Virus record (IMG/VR): IMGVR_UViG_3300030095_005945
Coordinates: 1-51,056 of that record
DNA from: a virus
Lineage: Duplodnaviria; Caudoviricetes
DNA length: 51,056 nucleotides
Reading direction: 5' to 3' (one strand)
The first letter of the stretch is position 1. The number at the start of each line of letters is the position of its first letter. This document shows, piece by piece, positions 28,761 to 37,249 of the stretch. The notes beneath the pieces are model-generated. The model did not search any database and had not been told where the DNA came from. It saw only the letters and a list, made by a program, of their open reading frames with translations. Position numbers and translations under genes: made by a program.

Positions 28761-29290
28761 CTTCTTCTTACCCTTTCTACCAGAGATATTTTAACACCTG
28801 GAATTTCTTTTCCTTCTTTATGTGCTTCAATGGCATCTTTTCGTGCTAACTTTCTATCAACATCTTCAACCATTTTGATTTTTAAGTAGTCTTTTGGACA
28901 TTCTATTTCATTGACATCTACAGGTCCATATGCTTCATATAATTTATATTTAGCTGTAGCTGTTTCGAATACACCATCCCTTCCTACTTCTTTAACTACG
29001 ACAGGTAGTATGTAGTTATTGAAATACTTTTTAGCATTTTCTATAGCTTTTTTTCGTTTCTTTAATCGTGTTATTTCTTTTGATATCAGATCTTCTTCAG
29101 CTTTTACTAATGCTAACTTTTTATCCATTTCCATTACTACTATATCTACTTTATCTATTTTTTGTCGTATTTCTTTTTTTACTTCTTGCAACGCTAAATC
29201 ACATTCTCTCCTTTCTTCTGTTGATTCAGCGTATTCTCTTTTTATCTCTATATCTATATGCTTTCCTACAAGATCTTTTGTAGTAGCCAT
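28757..29290 (-). CDS. Siphovirus Gp157-like protein
   Basis: Coiled coil KAEEDLISKEITRLKKRKKAIEN; C-terminal GKEIPGVKI. Confidence 0.65.
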   Translation of the reverse strand: MATTKDLVGKHIDIEIKREYAESTEERRECDLALQEVKKEIRQKIDKVDIVVMEMDKKLALVKAEEDLISKEITRLKKRKKAIENAKKYFNNYILPVVVKEVGRDGVFETATAKYKLYEAYGPVDVNEIECPKDYLKIKMVEDVDRKLARKDAIEAHKEGKEIPGVKISLVERVRRS

Positions 29291-29466
29291 TATGAAGCTC
29301 CATTCATATGTTTATCATAAGCTTCATCTTCTATTATAGAGGTTAAAACATCATATTTTACCTGGCTTTTAATAGACCTCATTCTATCTTTAGCTCTTTC
29401 TTTTATGACGTTATATTCTTCTTCAGTAAATGATATATTTACATTATACTGCTTGTTGTTCGGCAT
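29290..29466 (-). CDS. Ribbon-helix-helix-like DNA-binding protein (58 aa, not in ORF track)
   Basis: AAGGAG RBS; MPNNKQYNVNISFTEEEYNVIKERAKDRMRSIKSQVKYDVL...; TAATG-coupled to the Gp157-like gene. Confidence 0.6.
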   Translation of the reverse strand: MPNNKQYNVNISFTEEEYNVIKERAKDRMRSIKSQVKYDVLTSIIEDEAYDKHMNGAS

Positions 29467-31249
29467 TTATTCTCCTTAATCTAAATGACGGAGTCCATTC
29501 GACTTCTACATCTTCAAATAAATCTCCATCGCTATTTTTATACATACTAACTTTCTTAACTGCAGAGTCAGACTGACCATTTATACCAATAACTTTTCTA
29601 GATGCATTTTCTATTGCACCAGAACCTTTACCAGCATATAAATCAAGGACTTTGTTACGAGAATAATCTCTTGCTACTTGAGATACTTGTATGACAATTA
29701 TGTCTAAATTAACAGCCATACTACTTAATGAATGAGAAATATACCTTATTTGCTCATACTCACCCTTATATGCTACAGGTGTCTGCATTAAGTCTATGTA
29801 ATCTACAACTACACATTTAGGCTGTATTTCTCTAACTTTGTCTCTAACTTGATCTATTGTAGGCGATATAGTTTGAATAACTAAATGGTCTAACTTTTCT
29901 TTATTTTGTTCATATGTGACATCAAAAGTTTTGTTAACTTCCCATTTAGATTTTCCAGAAACTATTTGCATATTCCTTCTATGCATATACCAATCTGACA
30001 ACTCTAATGAAAGAAATAAAGTAGGCATTATAGGCCCATCTATTTCATTTTCTACACTATTATAACCTAAAGCTATATTTTGTGCTAAAGTTGTCTTATT
30101 AGCGCCTGTTGGTCCAAAGATTGTGACTAATTCTCCAGGATATATATTTAAATCTTTATCTGGTATACCTAGTGTATGACCAAGATTAAATGTTCTTCCT
30201 GTAAAATCTGTTGTCAATCTTTTTGCTAATTCACCTTGCAGTTCTTCTGCTGATTTTATATCCACAAGATAATCCTTCCTTTTAAAATATATGCATTTAG
30301 TATGACATACTTCTTTTAGCAGCGAATCGTTACAGCCATAACAATATTGACCTCTATAAACAGATTCAACCTGTTGCAATATTATTTCTTCTTCTAGGCT
30401 ATTGTTATTCCACTCTAATAACGCTGCTTTTGTTGCTTTTGAAGGTATGCCATTTCTTCTAAAATGACTAGCTATTCTAAGCAAAGTATTATGTCTGGTG
30501 CCTTGTTGTGGTCCATTCTTATATAAAGTTTGTACACAAGGGACAACCGTATTTGGTTCTCTTACTTTTGACAACTCTCTTGTTGAAGGAATTAGTTTTT
30601 CAGTATACTTTTCAAGTTCACCATTTGCTTCGAGTTCTCCATATTGGAAATCATTTCTAGGTGTTTTTGCTAATTGATGTATTTCTTCATACTTTAATTG
30701 CATTAATTCACCTACTGATAAAGGAATTTTAAACATTCCAGTTTTATGATTTATTGTATGTGCTACTCTATAAATGGATGATCTCATATATACTGCAGGA
30801 TCACAAACACCATTTAATATACCTTTCATAGTGTTTTTAACTATATAAGGCAAGTCTTTAGATTGTTTAAAATTAAACAAATCTTGTGATAGTAATAAAT
30901 GATATCCACTACCACTAAAGAATGGTTGTATAGCATAATCTGGTACATCATAATCTGTCATAAGTGTATTGCATACATCTATTGCATTTCTTAATGTCTG
31001 ATCATGAGTATTATCTTGCTTATCTATATCAACTAATAAGTGACCTATATATCTGATTCCAAAGTAATCTTTTATGGTATTCATTCTTTTCATATGATCG
31101 TATACTTCTTTATCATATAAATAATGTGAACGATATAAGGCTCTTTTTTCTGTTTTAGCTTGCTCTAATATAGCAGGTAATTGAGTTAAAGGTACAAGCG
31201 TCCCTCTTGACGAGGGATGCCCATACGCTATTTCAACTAACTTTTCCAC
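29444..31249 (-). CDS. AEP primase-polymerase fused to PriCT and a DnaB-like (SF4) helicase
   Basis: LVDID and FSGSGYH (AEP motifs), GTRHNTLLRIASHF (PriCT), Cys cluster, GPTGANKTT, VVVDYID, QVSQVAR. Confidence 0.85.
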   Translation of the reverse strand: MEKLVEIAYGHPSSRGTLVPLTQLPAILEQAKTEKRALYRSHYLYDKEVYDHMKRMNTIKDYFGIRYIGHLLVDIDKQDNTHDQTLRNAIDVCNTLMTDYDVPDYAIQPFFSGSGYHLLLSQDLFNFKQSKDLPYIVKNTMKGILNGVCDPAVYMRSSIYRVAHTINHKTGMFKIPLSVGELMQLKYEEIHQLAKTPRNDFQYGELEANGELEKYTEKLIPSTRELSKVREPNTVVPCVQTLYKNGPQQGTRHNTLLRIASHFRRNGIPSKATKAALLEWNNNSLEEEIILQQVESVYRGQYCYGCNDSLLKEVCHTKCIYFKRKDYLVDIKSAEELQGELAKRLTTDFTGRTFNLGHTLGIPDKDLNIYPGELVTIFGPTGANKTTLAQNIALGYNSVENEIDGPIMPTLFLSLELSDWYMHRRNMQIVSGKSKWEVNKTFDVTYEQNKEKLDHLVIQTISPTIDQVRDKVREIQPKCVVVDYIDLMQTPVAYKGEYEQIRYISHSLSSMAVNLDIIVIQVSQVARDYSRNKVLDLYAGKGSGAIENASRKVIGINGQSDSAVKKVSMYKNSDGDLFEDVEVEWTPSFRLRRINAEQQAV

Positions 31250-31884
31250 TATAGCTGATTTACTACACTTCCTTCAACATTACTTGGAGTGCCAGTTTGA
31301 ACTTTATCAGCTCCCATTACTCCATTAACTTGATCTGGACTAGCTTCTTTAATAAAGTTATTCTTTTTCAAATAACCTATTCTATCTTTCATATAAGCCA
31401 TTCCTTCATTAGTATTTCTTTGAATGTAATGGTGTATCCTTGTATAGATTTGTGATTTACCAGGCTTTGGTGCTTCTCTATAAATATAGCCTATTAAATT
31501 CATCTCAGGATCATCAATAGGTCCAGGTGATAATTTATCATTTAAAATTTCACCTATATTATTGATTGGATTGCCATCTGCATCTTCAAATTGACCTTTT
31601 GCATTGACACCACCATCAAATCCTAATATATCAAATACATGATACATTCTTTTCAAGAAACTTGATTCTTTTAATGTTCCATCTATTTCTTTATCAAAAG
31701 AACCTGCTAGATACATTGTTCTTGGGTACTGACTGCCATCTATCTTCATTTCAATTTCAAGATATAAATCAGCCCATTCGTAATTAGCAGTTTTTTCTGT
31801 AACTGATTGGATACCCATTTGTTTGTATCCTAACCAATCACCACCACCATTACTTTCTTTTACTTCAGGTTTAAATAAAGCCAT
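31249..31884 (-). CDS. Putative ssDNA-binding protein
   Basis: Lies between a Sak4-like ATPase and the primase; beta-rich with a flexible tail. Confidence 0.4.
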   Translation of the reverse strand: MALFKPEVKESNGGGDWLGYKQMGIQSVTEKTANYEWADLYLEIEMKIDGSQYPRTMYLAGSFDKEIDGTLKESSFLKRMYHVFDILGFDGGVNAKGQFEDADGNPINNIGEILNDKLSPGPIDDPEMNLIGYIYREAPKPGKSQIYTRIHHYIQRNTNEGMAYMKDRIGYLKKNNFIKEASPDQVNGVMGADKVQTGTPSNVEGSVVNQL

Positions 31885-31887
31885 ATT

Positions 31888-32748
31888 TTACTTCTCCTTG
31901 TATTTAGTTATTTCATTAATGATTTCTTCATAGCTAAAAGGTAACTCTTTTTGAGCTAATGGTTTTAGTCTACTACCTACAGTTCTTTCGTCATAAGATT
32001 TAAATGATATTTTATATTCATTAGAATCTTTTTCTACTGTAGTATATCCTATTACATCAGCTTTAGCTGTTAATCCATAAGCCAGACCTCTTGGGAGATC
32101 AGGTGATAGCTGTGCTTTACCATCTGTTATAGTAGTAGTCTTACTATGACTTAAAAGAACTAGGTTACCACCTACTTTCTTCATTAATCTTTGTAATCTA
32201 ACTATTATATCTAGATTGTTTCGCCTTGCCATTCCCCAGTCAGCTCCCCATTGTCCTTGACCCATAGCATCTATTTCTAGCTCTTTAACTACCTTTTGCT
32301 CTATCCATCTATTGATCTGATCAATCGTATCAATTACGACTGTATCATAAGGTAATTCATTCCATTTCTTTTCTAACCACTCTAGAATTTCTCCAAAAGA
32401 ATAGACTTCCATTGGCTTACCTTTGTCTTTACCATTCCTATAATAATAACCTCTTTCATTAGGTGGTGTTACAACGAATTGTGGTTGCCCATTCTTCATT
32501 ACTTGTTTACCATCTTTAGTTAAAGGTTTTATAGGTTGATTTAAGTCAGTAACTGTAACGGTGTTTGCACCTTCTACAAAATCACTACCTAAATCAGTGT
32601 CTATTAAAAGAACGCCTTCATTACCTTTTGAACTCCACTTGGATGCTTGTGTTGTTTTTCCAGTCTTAGGCTGGCCTATTATGTACCAAGTTATGCCTCC
32701 AGGCAATGCTTTCCAATCGTTCTTTACTTTATTTACTTTTATATCCAT
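31888..32748 (-). CDS. AAA_24 / Sak4-like P-loop ATPase
   Basis: GQPKTGKTT, LLIDTD, TVVIDTI, LVLLSH, ADVIGY. Confidence 0.8.
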   Translation of the reverse strand: MDIKVNKVKNDWKALPGGITWYIIGQPKTGKTTQASKWSSKGNEGVLLIDTDLGSDFVEGANTVTVTDLNQPIKPLTKDGKQVMKNGQPQFVVTPPNERGYYYRNGKDKGKPMEVYSFGEILEWLEKKWNELPYDTVVIDTIDQINRWIEQKVVKELEIDAMGQGQWGADWGMARRNNLDIIVRLQRLMKKVGGNLVLLSHSKTTTITDGKAQLSPDLPRGLAYGLTAKADVIGYTTVEKDSNEYKISFKSYDERTVGSRLKPLAQKELPFSYEEIINEITKYKEK

Positions 32749-32764
32749 AATACTCCTGTAATTA

Positions 32765-32786
32765 TTATTTTAGGGTTATTTTAGGG
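32765..32786. repeat. Tandem 11-bp direct repeat in the replication-operon leader
   Basis: TTATTTTAGGG x2. Confidence 0.7.
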
Positions 32787-32832
32787 ACAGCAATCCCCTT
32801 ATTGTAATACTTTTTGGGGATAAACTGATGTT

Positions 32833-32862
32833 AATATACAAATAAAATGCTATATTATCCTA
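32833..32862 (-). promoter_or_regulatory. Putative promoter of the replication operon
   Basis: Minus strand TAGGAT-N18-TATATT. Confidence 0.45.
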
Positions 32863-32868
32863 ATTGTA

Positions 32869-33459
32869 TTATTTGATTTTCTCATAGATATGAGTTATGT
32901 TATTACTATTATCATAACACTTTAAACAATCTATGCAAGAACCAAAACAATTTGTTTTATTATCTACCTTACTTTGTACGATAAATATCTTATCAAAATG
33001 CTTTGGTAGCTTACTTTTTCCGTCTACATCTTCTTCTGAATAAACAAGGATTAAGTTATTTGGTTTTCCCGTAGCTTTAATAGCTTTCCAGGCTAAAGTT
33101 TTCCTTTTTGTCCATAATGCAAATGTAGTTTTTGGTGCAAGTTTGCATATTTTGAATAAATTAATAGTATGATTAAGGTTAATTAGTTCTCCGTGTGCAG
33201 AAAATCTTACATACAAAGCGTTTGGTGGCTTTGGTAAGTATTCTGATGGGTGAACTTTTTTGCTTAAAAATTCTCCATACTTTCTAAATGCTGGATCAGC
33301 AGTTTTTCTGAAAGTTTTAAGCATGTTAATACTATAACAACTTCCGCAAATACTACCAGGTTTCTTGCTCATAGCTTTGCAGAAGCTGTTATTTAGTGGA
33401 GATGTGTTTAAGCCAGGAATACCTTTCAATTTTCCTGTCATTACACTATATTTTACCAT
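32869..33459 (-). CDS. GP88-like Cys-rich protein
   Basis: FC...GSICGSCYS, VRFSAHGEL, FALWTK, C-terminal CFGSCIDCLKCY. Confidence 0.65.
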   Translation of the reverse strand: MVKYSVMTGKLKGIPGLNTSPLNNSFCKAMSKKPGSICGSCYSINMLKTFRKTADPAFRKYGEFLSKKVHPSEYLPKPPNALYVRFSAHGELINLNHTINLFKICKLAPKTTFALWTKRKTLAWKAIKATGKPNNLILVYSEEDVDGKSKLPKHFDKIFIVQSKVDNKTNCFGSCIDCLKCYDNSNNITHIYEKIK

Positions 33460-33468
33460 AGCATCTCC

Positions 33469-33828
33469 TTAATGTATTGTAAAGCCTCCTGAATCTCTGC
33501 AAAATTCTATAAAATCTAATACATTGTCTAGAGTAAGAGGATAATTTTTGTTAAATTCCTTCTCTTCAGCTCTTCTTTCTTCGTATTCTTTTATATCAGC
33601 ATGTATTTCTTCTAGATTATCTAATAGTCTTTTGCATATTTTGTTAGCTTTCTTTCCTACTATAGCATGGCCATTATTCCAACCGCCAGCTTCTATGTCG
33701 TCTTCAGTCAATATATCTTCACAATGTACACATATTAGTTTCCATAATGGTCTCCAATACCATACATTGTTTCTAAAATAATGACCTTTTTCTGTTTGAG
33801 GGTCTAGCCCGTAGATATCGAATCCCAT
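33469..33828 (-). CDS. Early hypothetical protein
   Basis: MGFDIYG...YFRNNVWYWRPLW...FIEFCRDSGGF. Confidence 0.7.
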   Translation of the reverse strand: MGFDIYGLDPQTEKGHYFRNNVWYWRPLWKLICVHCEDILTEDDIEAGGWNNGHAIVGKKANKICKRLLDNLEEIHADIKEYEERRAEEKEFNKNYPLTLDNVLDFIEFCRDSGGFTIH

Positions 33829-34079
33829 TATGCATGCTCCTGTAACATATCTTCAAGCTCATTTAAAGCTTCTCCAATATTATCTAGATTATCTCTTGCA
33901 CATGACATTTCATCTTCTGCACTTACCATTGAATCTAATGTATCGCCAATTCTATTTCTAATTGATTCTATTTCTTTAGAAAAGTCGAGTCTTTCAGCTT
34001 TATGATAACCTTTTAGATTCTCTATTACAGTCTCTAATGTTTTTATATCATCTTTTAAGTTATTAAATTCTAAAGCCAT
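33828..34079 (-). CDS. Acidic coiled-coil early protein
   Basis: ORF track; coupled. Confidence 0.65.
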   Translation of the reverse strand: MALEFNNLKDDIKTLETVIENLKGYHKAERLDFSKEIESIRNRIGDTLDSMVSAEDEMSCARDNLDNIGEALNELEDMLQEHA

Positions 34080-34083
34080 GATT

Positions 34084-34602
34084 TTAAGCTCCTAGTTGTG
34101 GCACATTAGCACCTTTTAGTATTTTATTAACCTCATGCATCAAACCATCAAGTTCAGCTACTCCATGCAACTTATCACAAGCAGCTCTTTTCTTAGCTTC
34201 CAACTCTTTAATCATTTTACCTGATTTAGTTTCAGTTTCTTGACCAAGAGCTGTTTGATTACAAAGATATCTAAATGCTTTATCTGTATCACTGTAAGAA
34301 GAACCGCTGTATAATGATGGCACTCCAGAGTCGTATCTTTCTTTACCTAGATTCTTTAAAAGCTCATCATAAACAGCAACTAAACCTTGAGACAATCTAT
34401 CGTATCTTTCTTTAACTTTTCTATATTGAGCCATTGATTTGTCTACTTTAAGAGATTTTAAATACCTTTTGTATTCTGCTTCAGATAGCTTTTGAACATC
34501 TGATGCTCTTTGTTGTTTAAGTACAGCTATCTTTTCATCAATAGCTTCTTCTATTCTTTTAGTAAAATACTTTCTTTGTTGTACACTTATTTTATTTGAC
34601 AT
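34084..34602 (-). CDS. Helical early hypothetical protein
   Basis: ORF track; AAGGA RBS. Confidence 0.7.
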   Translation of the reverse strand: MSNKISVQQRKYFTKRIEEAIDEKIAVLKQQRASDVQKLSEAEYKRYLKSLKVDKSMAQYRKVKERYDRLSQGLVAVYDELLKNLGKERYDSGVPSLYSGSSYSDTDKAFRYLCNQTALGQETETKSGKMIKELEAKKRAACDKLHGVAELDGLMHEVNKILKGANVPQLGA

Positions 34603-34613
34603 TTCGTTTTCCT

Positions 34614-34865
34614 TTATCTTAAGACTGGTAATACTTCTTCAGTCGTTTCTGTTAAACATGTTAATACTCCACCATCATTACCCTCATCATCCATCTGAGC
34701 TATAACTCTGGTGCCATCATCTAAGAAAAATGTAATTGGTCTTTTATACCAATCATATCTTTCGCATTCTTCTTTAGGCATATACTCAACTTTAATAATT
34801 CTTTTGTTAAGCAATGCTTTTTCAGCTACTCCTGTCCATTTTTTAGTTATCTGTTTATCTGTCAT
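34614..34865 (-). CDS. Early hypothetical protein
   Basis: ORF track; DDEGNDGG motif. Confidence 0.7.
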   Translation of the reverse strand: MTDKQITKKWTGVAEKALLNKRIIKVEYMPKEECERYDWYKRPITFFLDDGTRVIAQMDDEGNDGGVLTCLTETTEEVLPVLR

Positions 34866-35050
34866 ACTTTCTCCTTATGATTTTCTTTAATCCAATGAGA
34901 TACAGCTAATAAAGAATGGAATATATGGTTATTATCTATACCTCTATTAATTTCTTCTTCATAATGCTGTTCTTCTTGCTCTAAATACATATCAACTATT
35001 TTAGCTAAATGATACATAATTGGGTCACAATCATTGGTATAATTACTCAT
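34862..35050 (-). CDS. Early hypothetical protein
   Basis: ORF track; AAGGAG RBS. Confidence 0.6.
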   Translation of the reverse strand: MSNYTNDCDPIMYHLAKIVDMYLEQEEQHYEEEINRGIDNNHIFHSLLAVSHWIKENHKEKV

Positions 35051-35300
35051 TACTATCTCCTTCTGGATTTTTATGAAATAGTATATAGTTTTTAGCTAAT
35101 GTATTCCATACAACCATAAATGCTGTAGCTACATGAAACCGATGCTCTTTAGGCAATGCTTCTGTAATCATATCAACATATTCTTGTGCTGTTTGAATAT
35201 CTTTTCTTGAAGCAAATATAGTATGCTCTTTCATATCTACATACGGAAGCTTACTAACTACCTCCATTAATTTATCTCTATTTTCACTCATTTGACTCAT
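35043..35300 (-). CDS. Early hypothetical protein
   Basis: ORF track; AAGGAGG RBS. Confidence 0.65.
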   Translation of the reverse strand: MSQMSENRDKLMEVVSKLPYVDMKEHTIFASRKDIQTAQEYVDMITEALPKEHRFHVATAFMVVWNTLAKNYILFHKNPEGDSNE

Positions 35301-35413
35301 TTGACCTCCTTGTGGATCATTTTGTACAATATGAATGCAACAATAGCTAAATGCATCATTGATTCTGTTGTACTGTTTATTAAATAAATATACTCATATA
35401 GTTTATCACCCAT
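35297..35413 (-). CDS. 38-aa membrane peptide
   Basis: AGGAG RBS; MGDKLYEYIYLINSTTESMMHLAIVAFILYKMIHKEVK. Confidence 0.5.
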   Translation of the reverse strand: MGDKLYEYIYLINSTTESMMHLAIVAFILYKMIHKEVK

Positions 35414-35432
35414 ATGTTCTCCTATAAATTAT

Positions 35433-35502
35433 AGAGCAGGGCATACTGGCGTATTCATGTATGCTATTTAAAGAGAGCTACTCTTCCTTGCCACTCTGCT
35501 CT
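35433..35502. ncRNA. End-paired structured RNA element A (70 nt)
   Basis: Closing stem AGAGCAG/CTGCTCT; inner GCATAC/GTATGC and AGAG/CTCT; strand ambiguous. Confidence 0.45.
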
Positions 35503-35517
35503 TTTTGTACAAATACA

Positions 35518-35585
35518 AGAAGGTATCAAATATGGATATCATTTATTAAGCATTACCGCTCCACTTTCGTTAAATGATACCTTCT
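35518..35585 (-). ncRNA. End-paired structured RNA element B (68 nt)
   Basis: Perfect 11-bp closing stem AGAAGGTATCA/TGATACCTTCT. Confidence 0.5.
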
Positions 35586-35592
35586 AAATTAA

Positions 35593-35850
35593 TGAGACTA
35601 CATTCGTCAGGCCTGGCATAGTCTTTTTATCCTGATTCTTAAGTAGTTATAATGAGGTCTTACTTGTCAATGCCTTATCTGTAAACCCATAGTTCGTCCA
35701 AGGGACTTGCCCTTGAGGCTTTTTTATGTGATTCCGATACCTCTTTTTACAGATGCTTACAATAGTATCTCAGCGTGTTTAGGACTTATATACTAGCTTA
35801 ACTCTGATAATAACATTTATCACTTATCGCCACCCAAAGAGGTAGTCTCA
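35593..35850 (-). ncRNA. Large multi-helix structured RNA candidate C (258 nt)
   Basis: Closing TGAGACTAC/GTAGTCTCA; inner ATCTGTAAA/TTTACAGAT, CAAGGG/CCCTTG, TGATAA/TTATCA, TAGTAT/ATACTA, TCAGG/CCTGA; no ORF of 60 aa or more. Confidence 0.55.
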
Positions 35851-35857
35851 AATTATA

Positions 35858-35974
35858 TTATGCTCCTCGTGCAATCACTTGTGTTTTGCATCTTTTGCAT
35901 ATAAATTTCCTTCTAAATAATTTTATTCCCGAATACTTTCTACATTTACATCTGATATGTTTGTTGATATCCAT
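35858..35974 (-). CDS. 38-aa basic zinc-ribbon peptide
   Basis: AAGGAG RBS; MDINKHIRCKCRKYSGIKLFRRKFICKRCKTQVIARGA. Confidence 0.6.
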   Translation of the reverse strand: MDINKHIRCKCRKYSGIKLFRRKFICKRCKTQVIARGA

Positions 35975-35993
35975 TTATACTCCTTAAAATTTA

Positions 35994-36081
35994 TCCCTGC
36001 TATAGTCTTTGGTCAGAAAGATAATATCTAATCACCAACTTATCCAAAAGTCTATGATTCAATAAGCTACTATAACAGGGA
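35994..36081 (-). ncRNA. End-paired structured RNA element D (88 nt)
   Basis: 13-bp closing stem UCCCUGUUAUAGU/ACUAUAGCAGGGA (G-U only on minus strand) plus two inner hairpins. Confidence 0.5.
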
Positions 36082-36094
36082 ATTTTAATAAAAA

Positions 36095-36168
36095 AGAGGG
36101 ATAGTGAAGTTGAATCTCATCTAAGTGAGAATGATTTTATTCGCATGAACCATCTTGTCTATCCCTCT
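36095..36168 (-). ncRNA. End-paired structured RNA element E (74 nt)
   Basis: Perfect 10-bp stem AGAGGGATAG/CTATCCCTCT, inner TCTCA/TGAGA; followed by a U-run on the minus strand. Confidence 0.5.
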
Positions 36169-36182
36169 GACTCCACAAGATT

Positions 36183-36329
36183 CTATCTCCAGTTTTGATC
36201 TTGATCTTGTACTTGTGAAGCTTGCCATTCTAACTCTTGTAAATCATCACAATGGCATTCAATACTATTACACGCTCTACACTTTAATACTATTTTCATT
36301 TCTTTAAAATACTCCCATACTTTACTCAT
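36183..36329 (-). CDS. 48-aa Cys-rich peptide
   Basis: ATGA-coupled; ...KCRACNSIECHCDDLQELEW... Confidence 0.5.
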   Translation of the reverse strand: MSKVWEYFKEMKIVLKCRACNSIECHCDDLQELEWQASQVQDQDQNWR

Positions 36330-36664
36330 GGCGACATATATCCTAATGATTCAATAGTATCTTCTTGTGCTTCCTGGCGTTTCTTCCATCTCTTGCCTCG
36401 TGTTTCAGGATACATCTCTTGACACTTACGGCTTGAACGTCTGATATTAGCAGGAGAGGACATCATTCCTTCTTTCTTCATATAATAATAAGCACTTATT
36501 CGACAGTCTTTAAATTTCTTTATAGATCTGTCATAATTTATCCTTAAGCCTTGTCCTTCATACTCTTGCTTATGTACTAAATACTCTAAAGTATGATAAC
36601 AATCAGCTGCTTCAGGATGCTTTAATATAATTGCTTTAACTTTATCTATTACTTTAACTTTCAT
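36326..36664 (-). CDS. Basic early hypothetical protein
   Basis: ORF track; AGGAG RBS; SPANIRRSSRKCQEMYPETRG. Confidence 0.7.
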   Translation of the reverse strand: MKVKVIDKVKAIILKHPEAADCYHTLEYLVHKQEYEGQGLRINYDRSIKKFKDCRISAYYYMKKEGMMSSPANIRRSSRKCQEMYPETRGKRWKKRQEAQEDTIESLGYMSP

Positions 36665-36666
36665 TA

Positions 36667-36966
36667 TTACTCCTTTTCCATATGGCTATTAATAGCAGCA
36701 GAAGATATAAATGAATCGCTTTTATCTAACTTATCAAAATACTTTTTATGGAAAGATAAAGCTTCTTCATTTGTATTAAATACTTTGCCTTTAGTCCCTC
36801 TTCTATCAAAGTACCATTGTTGAAGCCAATCATACTTACTATTAAATGCGATATCATTTATCATATCATCTTTTACTTTAGCTAGGTTGTTTAATCTTTT
36901 ACCTTCATCCCATCCATCTGCAAAACTATAGATGGCGTTTGCTAATGCTTTACCTATTACTTTCAT
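36667..36966 (-). CDS. Early hypothetical protein
   Basis: AGGAG RBS favours ATG 36966 over the ORF-track start at 36999. Confidence 0.6.
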   Translation of the reverse strand: MKVIGKALANAIYSFADGWDEGKRLNNLAKVKDDMINDIAFNSKYDWLQQWYFDRRGTKGKVFNTNEEALSFHKKYFDKLDKSDSFISSAAINSHMEKE

Positions 36967-37039
36967 AATTATACTCCTATGGTTTTGGTAGTAGCACAAC
37001 TATTACTACTACCATTATTAAATACAATTCCATTGCCAT

Positions 37040-37249
37040 TTATTTACCTCCATACTTATGTTCACCTAATAATGCCTCTGATATTTCCAATGACCAACCA
37101 AGACTCATATTATACTCTATAGTATCGTAGTCATCTTCCATACAAACACATCCTTTATCACGACAAGATATCCAATCTTTAACCATTTGAATGGACTTAT
37201 TTATCTTCCTTTGCATTTTATCATTAAGTTCTTTGTTCTCTAATTCCAT
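37040..37249 (-). CDS. Early hypothetical protein
   Basis: ORF track; coupled. Confidence 0.6.
   Translation of the reverse strand: MELENKELNDKMQRKINKSIQMVKDWISCRDKGCVCMEDDYDTIEYNMSLGWSLEISEALLGEHKYGGK

Noticed and set aside
35286-35305. Short tandem repeat ACTCATTTG x2
   Set aside because: Lies at a coding overlap (stop/start and MSQMS codons); too short to support a function
35646-35670. TTGACA...TATAAC sigma70-like promoter on the minus strand
   Set aside because: Spacer is only 13 nt
35593-35850. Group I intron (AGACUA / UAGUCU resemble P7 strands) or tmRNA
   Set aside because: No interrupted gene and no recognisable P3-P6 core; no tRNA-like T-arm or CCA end
35433-36168. CRISPR mini-array or tRNA cluster
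   Set aside because: No repeated sequence unit, no cas genes, no TTCG-type T-loops or cloverleaves
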